From Vibrio vulnificus CMCP6 (GTDB taxonomy: Bacteria > Pseudomonadota > Gammaproteobacteria > Enterobacterales > Vibrionaceae): a stretch of DNA of 32,000 bases. Made by a program: the position numbers and the translations under genes. Below, piece by piece: positions 10,282 to 16,557 of the stretch. Below the pieces are notes generated by a model. The model saw only the letters and a program-made list of their open reading frames with translations, searched no databases and was not told the DNA's origin. Position 1 is the stretch's first letter. Every line of letters starts with the position of its first letter. Where the stretch lies: contig NC_004459.3 of NCBI RefSeq assembly GCF_000039765.1, forward strand, positions 1,590,001-1,622,000. Direction: 5' to 3'.

Positions 10282-11121
10282 ATGGCAATCGAAATTAATG
10301 TACCTGATATCGGTGCGGATGAGGTTGAAGTTACTGAGATTCTTGTAAGCGTTGGCGACAAGGTTGAAGAAGAGCAGTCTCTCATTACTGTAGAAGGCGA
10401 CAAGGCTTCTATGGAAGTACCCGCCTCTCAAGCGGGTATTGTAAAAGAAATCAAAGTTGTTGCTGGCGATAAAGTAACAACAGGTTCTCTCATCATGGTC
10501 TTTGAAGTTGAAGCGGCCGGCGCTCCGGGTGCAGCAGCGGCTGCACCAGTTCCTGCTGTAGCACCAGTCGCTGCACCTGCAGCAGCAAGTGAACTGAAAG
10601 AAGTTTGTGTACCGGATATCGGTGGCGACGAAGTTGAAGTGACTGAAATCCTAGTTGCTGTTGGCGATTCCATCGCTGAAGAGCAATCTCTACTGACAGT
10701 AGAAGGTGACAAAGCTTCAATGGAAGTACCAGCACCATTCGCAGGTACTCTAAAAGAAATCAAAGTGGCAGCAGGCGATAAAGTGTCTACTGGCTCACTC
10801 GTGATGGTATTTGAAGTGGCGGGTTCGGGCGCAGCAGCACCTGCACCAGTTGCAGCAGCAGCTCCGGCGGCGGCTCCAGCAGCAGTCTCTGGAGTAAAAG
10901 AAGTTAACGTTCCTGATATCGGCGGCGACGAAGTTGAAGTCACTGAAATCATGGTTACCGTTGGCGATACAGTCTCTGAAGAGCAATCTCTGATTACTGT
11001 AGAAGGCGACAAAGCATCTATGGAAGTACCTGCACCTTTCGCTGGTACGGTTAAAGAAATCAAAGTTGCAGCTGGTGACAAAGTTTCTACTGGTTCTCTA
11101 ATCATGGTGTTCGAAGTTGCT
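10282..11121 (+). repeat. three tandem ~300-bp lipoyl-domain coding repeats within aceF
   Basis: Domain copies at about 10282-10509, 10591-10821 and 10894-11121. Copies 2 and 3 are exactly 300 bp apart and near-identical at the protein level. Confidence 0.9.
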
Positions 11122-12192
11122 GGCGCAGCGCCAGTTGCAGCAGCGGCACCCGCTCAAGCAGCGGCACCCGCTCAAGCAGCAGCTCCAGCTCCAGCGGTAG
11201 CTCCAGTAGCAAAAGCGGAAGCTCAAGCAACAACTAGTGATTTCAAAGAAAACGACGAGTATGCTCACGCATCTCCAGTGGTTCGTCGTCTAGCTCGCGA
11301 GTTCGGCGTAAATCTTTCTAAAGTGAAAGGTTCTGGTCGTAAGAGCCGAATCCTGAAAGAAGACGTTCAAGCTTACGTGAAAGACGCACTTAAGCGTCTT
11401 GAGTCTGGTGCAGTTGCAGCGGCTTCTGGTAAAGGCGATGGCGCAGCGCTTGGCCTACTACCATGGCCGAAAGTGGACTTCAGCAAGTTCGGTGAAACAG
11501 AAGTTCAGCCACTATCTCGCATTAAGAAGATCTCGGGTGCAAACCTACATCGTAACTGGGTAATGATCCCTCACGTTACACAGTGGGATAACGCGGATAT
11601 CACTGAGCTAGAAAACTTCCGTAAAGAGCAAAACGCGATTGAAGCGAAGAAAGACTCGGGCATGAAGATCACGCCACTTGTGTTCATCATGAAAGCGGCA
11701 GCGAAAGCACTAGAAGCATTCCCAGCGTTCAACTCTTCGCTATCAGACGACGGTGAAAGCTTGATTCTGAAGAAATACGTGAACATCGGTATTGCGGTGG
11801 ATACGCCAAATGGCCTAGTGGTTCCTGTCTTTAAAGACGTGAACAAGAAAGGCATCTACGAGCTATCTGAAGAACTGATGGTGGTTTCTAAGAAAGCACG
11901 TGCTGGTAAGCTGACTGCAGCGGACATGCAAGGTGGCTGTTTCACGATTTCAAGCCTAGGTGGTATCGGTGGTACTGCGTTTACACCAATCGTAAACGCG
12001 CCAGAAGTGGGTATCCTTGGTGTGTCTAAGTCTGAAATTAAGCCAGTTTGGAATGGTAAAGAGTTCGCTCCTCGCCTACAACTGCCTCTATCTCTATCAT
12101 ATGATCACCGTGTGATTGATGGTGCAGAAGGTGCGCGCTTCATTACTTACCTAAACGAGTGCCTATCTGACATTCGTCGTTTGGTTCTGTAA
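10282..12192 (+). CDS. aceF: dihydrolipoyllysine-residue acetyltransferase (E2) with three lipoyl domains
   Basis: 636 aa. Three lipoyl domains each carry [12 protein letters not shown] (lipoyl Lys at residues 41, 143 and 243), joined by Ala/Pro linkers. Peripheral-subunit-binding domain ([16 protein letters not shown]). Catalytic domain with DHRVIDG. Confidence 0.97.
   Translation: MAIEINVPDIGADEVEVTEILVSVGDKVEEEQSLITVEGDKASMEVPASQAGIVKEIKVVAGDKVTTGSLIMVFEVEAAGAPGAAAAAPVPAVAPVAAPAAASELKEVCVPDIGGDEVEVTEILVAVGDSIAEEQSLLTVEGDKASMEVPAPFAGTLKEIKVAAGDKVSTGSLVMVFEVAGSGAAAPAPVAAAAPAAAPAAVSGVKEVNVPDIGGDEVEVTEIMVTVGDTVSEEQSLITVEGDKASMEVPAPFAGTVKEIKVAAGDKVSTGSLIMVFEVAGAAPVAAAAPAQAAAPAQAAAPAPAVAPVAKAEAQATTSDFKENDEYAHASPVVRRLAREFGVNLSKVKGSGRKSRILKEDVQAYVKDALKRLESGAVAAASGKGDGAALGLLPWPKVDFSKFGETEVQPLSRIKKISGANLHRNWVMIPHVTQWDNADITELENFRKEQNAIEAKKDSGMKITPLVFIMKAAAKALEAFPAFNSSLSDDGESLILKKYVNIGIAVDTPNGLVVPVFKDVNKKGIYELSEELMVVSKKARAGKLTAADMQGGCFTISSLGGIGGTAFTPIVNAPEVGILGVSKSEIKPVWNGKEFAPRLQLPLSLSYDHRVIDGAEGARFITYLNECLSDIRRLVL
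11143..11178 (+). repeat. perfect 18-bp tandem duplication (GCGGCACCCGCTCAAGCA x2) in the aceF linker
   Basis: Read directly from the sequence. It encodes [12 protein letters not shown] in the Ala/Pro linker after lipoyl domain 3. Confidence 0.9.
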
Positions 12193-12207
12193 TCGACGTG
12201 AACATTG

Positions 12208-12231
12208 AGAGGCGGCCTAACAGCCGCCTCT
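12208..12231 (+). terminator. GC-rich hairpin after aceF (weak or partial terminator)
   Basis: AGAGGCGGC/GCCGCCTCT 9-bp stem with a 6-nt loop, 16 nt after the aceF stop. It is followed only by GTTAAT with no real U-run, so read-through into lpdA is likely. Confidence 0.5.
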
Positions 12232-12245
12232 GTTAATAGAATTAT

Positions 12246-12300
12246 CGGACAATTGGATGACAAGCGAGCACGCGTGTGTTTTTTGTCCATCGAATTGTCG
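12246..12300. repeat. long imperfect inverted repeat in the aceF-lpdA spacer
   Basis: Arms CGGACAATTGGATGACAA (12246-12263) and TTGTCCATCGAATTGTCG (12283-12300) give 16 pairs with 1 mismatch and 2 bulges. The 19-nt loop contains the palindrome CACGCGTG (12269-12276). Confidence 0.5.
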
Positions 12301-12449
12301 TCTGGCTCACAGGCTAAATTGATTTACTTTTCACACCATTAACATCTCTGTAAACTGTTGGCGGTCTGAAAATGTTTAAAACAAACCACTCTTAAACAAA
12401 AATCAAAACTCACTCAGCCTGTTAGGGATAATGACTACAAGAGGTCAAA

Positions 12450-13877
12450 ATGAGCAAAGAAATTAAAGCCCAGGTGGTAGTACTTGGTGCCGGTCCTGCT
12501 GGTTACTCCGCTGCATTCCGTTGTGCAGACTTAGGTCTGGACACTGTTCTTATTGAACGTTACAACACCCTTGGTGGTGTGTGTCTGAACGTGGGTTGTA
12601 TCCCATCGAAAGCACTGCTTCACGTTGCGAAAGTGATCGAAGAAGCAAAAGCGCTTGCTGAGCACGGCATCGTATTTGGTGAACCTCAAACAGACATCGA
12701 CAAAATTCGTCTTTGGAAAGAAAAAGTAATCAACCAGTTGACTGGCGGTCTTGGCGGTATGGCGAAGATGCGTAAAGTGAACGTGGTGAATGGCTTTGGT
12801 AAATTCACTGGCCCTAACACGATTGAAGTAGAAGGTGAAGACGGTAAAACCGTGGTTAACTTCGACAACGCGATCGTCGCTGCAGGTTCTCGCCCAATCA
12901 AATTGCCATTTATCCCACATGAAGACCCACGTATTTGGGACTCAACTGATGCGCTTGAACTGAAAGAAGTACCAGGAAAGCTGCTGATCATGGGTGGTGG
13001 TATCATCGGCCTAGAAATGGGTACCGTTTACCACTCGCTAGGTTCACAGATCGACGTTGTGGAAATGTTCGATCAAGTGATTCCAGCGGCAGACAAAGAT
13101 ATCGTGAAGGTTTACACCAAGCGTATCAGCAAGAAATTTAACCTAATGCTGGAAACGAAAGTAACGGCAGTTGAAGCGAAAGAAGATGGTATCTACGTTT
13201 CAATGGAAGGCAAAAAAGCACCAGCAGAAGCTGAGCGCTATGATGCGGTTCTTGTGGCTATCGGTCGTGTACCAAATGGCAAACTGATCGACGGTGAAAA
13301 AGCGGGTCTTGAAATCGATGAGCGCGGCTTCATCAACGTTGACAAGCAAATGCGTACTAACGTTCCTCACATCTTTGCTATCGGTGACATCGTTGGTCAA
13401 CCAATGCTAGCGCACAAAGGTGTGCATGAAGGCCACGTGGCTGCAGAAGTTATCTCAGGTAAGAAGCACTACTTCGATCCTAAAGTGATTCCTTCAATTG
13501 CTTACACTGAGCCAGAAGTGGCATGGGTTGGTAAGACTGAGAAAGAAGCAAAAGCAGAAGGCATCAACTACGAAGTGGCTACGTTCCCATGGGCAGCATC
13601 GGGTCGTGCAATCGCCTCTGACTGCGCTGACGGTATGACAAAGCTGATCTTTGATAAAGAAACGCATCGCGTTATCGGTGGTGCTATCGTTGGTACCAAC
13701 GGTGGTGAACTGCTTGGTGAAATCGGCCTTGCTATCGAGATGGGTTGTGATGCTGAAGATATCGCACTGACAATTCACGCTCACCCAACGCTACACGAAT
13801 CTGTTGGTCTAGCGGCGGAAGTGTTTGAAGGTACAATCACTGACCTACCAAACGCGAAAGCGAAGAAGAAAAAATAA
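12450..13877 (+). CDS. lpdA: dihydrolipoyl dehydrogenase (E3)
   Basis: 475 aa. FAD-binding GAGPAGY, redox-active disulfide GGVCLNVGCIPSK, NAD-binding GGGIIGLE and the C-terminal HAHPT.(H)E dyad. Confidence 0.97.
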   Translation: MSKEIKAQVVVLGAGPAGYSAAFRCADLGLDTVLIERYNTLGGVCLNVGCIPSKALLHVAKVIEEAKALAEHGIVFGEPQTDIDKIRLWKEKVINQLTGGLGGMAKMRKVNVVNGFGKFTGPNTIEVEGEDGKTVVNFDNAIVAAGSRPIKLPFIPHEDPRIWDSTDALELKEVPGKLLIMGGGIIGLEMGTVYHSLGSQIDVVEMFDQVIPAADKDIVKVYTKRISKKFNLMLETKVTAVEAKEDGIYVSMEGKKAPAEAERYDAVLVAIGRVPNGKLIDGEKAGLEIDERGFINVDKQMRTNVPHIFAIGDIVGQPMLAHKGVHEGHVAAEVISGKKHYFDPKVIPSIAYTEPEVAWVGKTEKEAKAEGINYEVATFPWAASGRAIASDCADGMTKLIFDKETHRVIGGAIVGTNGGELLGEIGLAIEMGCDAEDIALTIHAHPTLHESVGLAAEVFEGTITDLPNAKAKKKK

Positions 13878-13900
13878 TCTTCTTAGCGAGTCGTCAAAAT

Positions 13901-13928
13901 AAAACCGCTGAATCATCAGCGGTTTTTT
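13901..13928 (+). terminator. rho-independent terminator of lpdA
   Basis: AAAACCGCTGA/TCAGCGGTTTT stem with a 4-nt loop and a T-run. Confidence 0.85.
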
Positions 13929-13930
13929 AT

Positions 13931-13962
13931 TTCTTCAAAAACGGCCCCACGTTTTTGAAGAA
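13931..13962. repeat. AT-rich 13-bp perfect inverted repeat between the two terminators
   Basis: TTCTTCAAAAACG (13931-13943) pairs with CGTTTTTGAAGAA (13950-13962), with loop GCCCCA. There is no adjacent U-run on either strand. Confidence 0.6.
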
Positions 13963-13963
13963 A

Positions 13964-13990
13964 TAAAAAAGGTTGGCCGTAGCCAACCTT
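13964..13990 (-). terminator. rho-independent terminator of hapR
   Basis: AAGGTTGGC/GCCAACCTT stem with a 4-nt loop. On the minus strand it is followed by TTTTTTATTT, about 19 nt after the hapR stop. Confidence 0.85.
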
Positions 13991-14008
13991 GATATGAGGT
14001 TACTGGTG

Positions 14009-14626
14009 TTATTCGTGCTCGCGTTTATAGATGCATAGCATGTCTAAGTAGCTGCTGACCAGTTTGCTGAGCTCTGCGGTATTGTTGGTACGGTTTGCTT
14101 GAACAAACAGCGAGTAACAAATGCCGTGGAACAAGTTCGCCAAATCTTCTGGGTTGTGTTGGTCACACACTTCACCACGCTCAATGGCTTTGATGAACAT
14201 GTTTTGTACCAGTAATTGATTAGTACGGTTGGTGGTGACAAACAGAGGCCAAACTTCATCACGCGTCGACGCACTCCACTCGAACCAAACTTTCAACCAG
14301 TGATTGTCTTGCACCACAAGCTCAATCATTGCGTTGGTGATGTTGGCGATGTTTTCTTTAGCGTGAAGATCCAAATCGATGTTGTCAGATAGGAAATTAG
14401 AAAACTGACGAACGACATGGTTAAGCACTTCGTCTACAAGATCTTCGCGAGTTGGGAAGTAGTTGAAGACGGTCGCCACAGAAACTTGCGCAATTTCAGC
14501 GATGTCTGCGTGACCACCACGGCCAATGCCACGACGAGCAAACACTTCCAGTGCAATTTCCATGAGCTGCTGTTTACGTTTTAGCGGAGATAAGCGAGTT
14601 CGCGGTCTCTTTGCGATTGAGTCCAT
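14009..14626 (-). CDS. hapR: LuxR/HapR-family (TetR-fold) master quorum-sensing regulator, intact reading frame
   Basis: 205 aa from the ATG at 14626 (MDSIAKRPRTRLSP...CIYKREHE). TetR HTH GHADIAEIAQVSVATVFNYFPTRE and the LKVWFEWSASTRDEVWPLF block shared with V. harveyi LuxR. TAAGGAAA RBS 7 nt upstream. Flanked by lpd and hpt as in other vibrios. The track start 14644 has no RBS. Confidence 0.95.
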   Translation of the reverse strand: MDSIAKRPRTRLSPLKRKQQLMEIALEVFARRGIGRGGHADIAEIAQVSVATVFNYFPTREDLVDEVLNHVVRQFSNFLSDNIDLDLHAKENIANITNAMIELVVQDNHWLKVWFEWSASTRDEVWPLFVTTNRTNQLLVQNMFIKAIERGEVCDQHNPEDLANLFHGICYSLFVQANRTNNTAELSKLVSSYLDMLCIYKREHE

Positions 14627-14683
14627 AGGTTGTTTCCTTACCAATGAGTTGGGGTACCGAGCTCGGGAACGGCTTAGCTGTTC

Positions 14684-14705
14684 CTATTGATTGTTTTAAT
14701 AATTG
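14684..14705. promoter_or_regulatory. candidate HapR auto-repression operator
   Basis: CTATTGATTGTTTTAATAATTG resembles the LuxR/HapR dyad TTATTGAT...ATCAATAA. It sits roughly +8 to +30 relative to the TSS predicted from the promoter below. This agrees with the reported HapR autorepression site just downstream of the hapR TSS. Confidence 0.55.
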
Positions 14706-14719
14706 CTTTTAGCTCCATG

Positions 14720-14748
14720 AGTGTAATGGTGCATATGCATTGGGTCAA
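14720..14748 (-). promoter_or_regulatory. predicted sigma70 promoter of hapR
   Basis: Minus strand reads TTGACC (14748-14743), a 17-nt spacer, then TACACT (14725-14720). This gives a 5' UTR of about 85-90 nt. Confidence 0.5.
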
Positions 14749-14932
14749 TAACTTATGGTGAATAAATGAACAGTAATGTCAATATTGATATCTATCTTGA
14801 GCAACTTTTATTTAAATTGGCATCGAGATCTCGTTTATTGATGTGATAGTAAATAGCGTATTGCACTGGCACAACTTCTTCCTTTGGGGGTTAAAGATTG
14901 CTTTGCGGAGTGTTACACTACGCGAGAATTTC

Positions 14933-14948
14933 AGGTGAACGTTTGCGT
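14933..14948. promoter_or_regulatory. PurR-like operator upstream of hpt
   Basis: AGGTGAACGTTTGCGT against the PurR consensus ACGCAAACGTTTGCGT. The right half matches 8/8 and the left half 5/8. It lies 70-85 nt upstream of the hpt ATG. Confidence 0.3.
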
Positions 14949-15017
14949 ATTGACCTAAGCGACACTTTGCTCGGGTACGAAACTCACCATTAGCAACTAT
15001 AAAACATTGAGTACAGT

Positions 15018-15548
15018 ATGAAACATACAGTAGAAGTTATGATTTCTGAGCAGACCGTTCAGGAACGAGTTCGTGAATTAGGTAAACAGATTACTGCGCA
15101 TTACCAAGGCAGTGAAGATCTTGTGCTAGTCGGCTTGCTACGTGGTTCGTTTGTTTTTATGGCGGATCTTGCTCGTGCCATTGAACTCACGCACCAAGTC
15201 GATTTTATGACGGCTTCTAGCTACGGTAATACAATGGAAAGCTCGCGTGACGTTCGCATTCTGAAAGATCTCGATGATGACATCAAAGGCAAGGATGTCT
15301 TGATCGTCGAAGACATTATCGACACAGGTAATACTCTGAACAAGATTAAAGAGATCCTGTCTTTAAGAGAACCTAAGTCTATCGAAATTTGTACCTTATT
15401 AGACAAGCCTTCACGTCGCGAAGTGCCTGTTCCAGTGAAGTGGATTGGCTTTGAGATCCCTGATGAGTTTGTTGTGGGTGTTGGTATCGACTACGCACAA
15501 AAATATCGTCATCTTCCTTTCATTGGTAAAGTGGTTCCACAAGAATAA
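15018..15548 (+). CDS. hpt: hypoxanthine phosphoribosyltransferase
   Basis: 176 aa with the PRPP-binding motif [14 protein letters not shown] and the C-terminal [15 protein letters not shown] motif. Confidence 0.96.
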   Translation: MKHTVEVMISEQTVQERVRELGKQITAHYQGSEDLVLVGLLRGSFVFMADLARAIELTHQVDFMTASSYGNTMESSRDVRILKDLDDDIKGKDVLIVEDIIDTGNTLNKIKEILSLREPKSIEICTLLDKPSRREVPVPVKWIGFEIPDEFVVGVGIDYAQKYRHLPFIGKVVPQE

Positions 15549-15570
15549 GTGGGCAAAGGTTGAGATAAAT

Positions 15571-15597
15571 AATGGCCCGCTGATACAGCGGGCCATT
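15571..15597. terminator. bidirectional terminator between convergent hpt and can
   Basis: AATGGCCCGCTG/CAGCGGGCCATT 12-bp stem with a 3-nt loop, A-rich upstream and T-rich downstream. Confidence 0.8.
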
Positions 15598-15647
15598 TGC
15601 CATGTTATCTCTAGAACACGGATTGTGTCGGCGGTCTAACGATGGCG

Positions 15648-16316
15648 CTATTCGTGAAACTTCATCACATCGCTATTGAGGATTTTTGCCATCGCAGCCT
15701 GATAGTTGACTTCGAGTGACTCTCGGCTGTAGCAACGCACGCCAATATCTTGCAGAAGGCCATCACCAATGCCATAGACAACGCCGTGAATTTCCACATC
15801 TTGTCCACGCTCCCAAGCGCTTTCCATAATCGTAGAATTGCCCAAGTTGTAGACTTGTTCTGCGACATTGATTTCACACAGTTTGTCGCCCCATTTCTCC
15901 TTCGGGAGCTCACCCAGCCAGTTACGATGCTTGAGGTAGAGATCGCGAATGTGCAGTAGCCAGTTATTGATCAAACCAAGGCGAGGATTTTCAATCGCAG
16001 CGTTTACCCCCCCACAACCGTAATGGCCACAGATGATGATGTGTTTGACTTTCAACACGTCAACAGCGTATTGCACAACCGAGAGGCAATTTAAATCGGT
16101 ATGGATCACTTGGTTGGCTACATTACGATGAACAAATAATTCACCCGAGTAAAGTCCTGTCAAGCGTTCTGCAGGAACGCGACTGTCGGAACAACCAATC
16201 CAAAGAAAGCCGGGATTTTGCCCTTCTTCTAATTTGGAGAAATACTCCGGTTGATGCGATTTGATCTCTTCGGACCATTTCGAGTTATTTTCAAATAGTT
16301 GCTTGATTTCCGGCAT
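15648..16316 (-). CDS. can: beta-class carbonic anhydrase (Can/YadF type)
   Basis: Collinear with E. coli Can: [41 protein letters not shown] (Zn ligands Cys/His/Cys). The ATG at 16316 ([11 protein letters not shown]...) gives 222 aa. The track start 16376 adds 20 non-homologous residues. Confidence 0.94.
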   Translation of the reverse strand: MPEIKQLFENNSKWSEEIKSHQPEYFSKLEEGQNPGFLWIGCSDSRVPAERLTGLYSGELFVHRNVANQVIHTDLNCLSVVQYAVDVLKVKHIIICGHYGCGGVNAAIENPRLGLINNWLLHIRDLYLKHRNWLGELPKEKWGDKLCEINVAEQVYNLGNSTIMESAWERGQDVEIHGVVYGIGDGLLQDIGVRCYSRESLEVNYQAAMAKILNSDVMKFHE

Positions 16317-16557
16317 GTTGCGTCTTACTTCCCTAAAAATTCTTGCATCACTATACACAATGTTACAATTTACCACCCGAAATAAATTGGCAGAAAAGCA
16401 CTCATCTGACTAGTTATGGCATAAAAAATCATAAACTTAGCCGTTAACCAAACCATAAGTTATATGGTGTGACTTATGAGATCTAATTAACACTTAACGA
16501 AATAGGTTAACTTTTGCTAAAGTTGCGCGATTTATGTTTTTTACAGGGAGCTGAGTG

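Noticed and set aside
10428-11105. 225-aa minus-strand ORF, Ala/Thr/Ser/Pro-rich, the longest unassigned ORF in the window
   Set aside because: It is entirely antisense to the aceF lipoyl-domain/linker repeats. The open frame is a by-product of the GC-rich, repetitive Ala/Pro codons on the sense strand. The product is low-complexity, and there is no RBS or independent context.
10510-11230. Regularly spaced repeats with intervening GC-rich segments in aceF, superficially array-like
   Set aside because: The period of about 300 bp and the in-frame coding of lipoyl domains plus Ala/Pro linkers explain the pattern completely. It is not a CRISPR array or a non-coding VNTR.
12531-12920. 129-aa minus-strand ORF, with 106-aa, 66-aa and 96-aa companions, inside lpdA
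   Set aside because: These are antisense shadows of the highly codon-biased lpdA gene. They have no motifs.
14627-14644. Longer ORF-track starts for hapR (14644), pilA (4674), nadC (5781), can (16376), gluQ (24764), pilD (1169, TTG) and pilB (4192)
   Set aside because: Each extension adds residues with no homology to the family N-termini and lacks an RBS. Each also runs through a predicted promoter, a terminator hairpin or the upstream gene. Internal ATGs with RBS and/or exact alignment to E. coli orthologues were preferred.
14652-14665. GGGTACCGAGCTCG, a 14-nt identity (reverse strand CGAGCTCGGTACCC) to the SacI-KpnI part of the pUC-type polylinker, in the hapR leader. This raised the question of a cloning scar or engineered locus.
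   Set aside because: The identity does not extend on either side: there is no EcoRI, SmaI or BamHI continuation. There is no other vector-like sequence, resistance marker or FRT/lox scar nearby. The motif is part of a natural-looking self-complementary stem (CCGAGCTCGG) in a leader with intact RBS and promoter. I treat it as coincidence, although comparison with wild-type hapR leaders would settle it.
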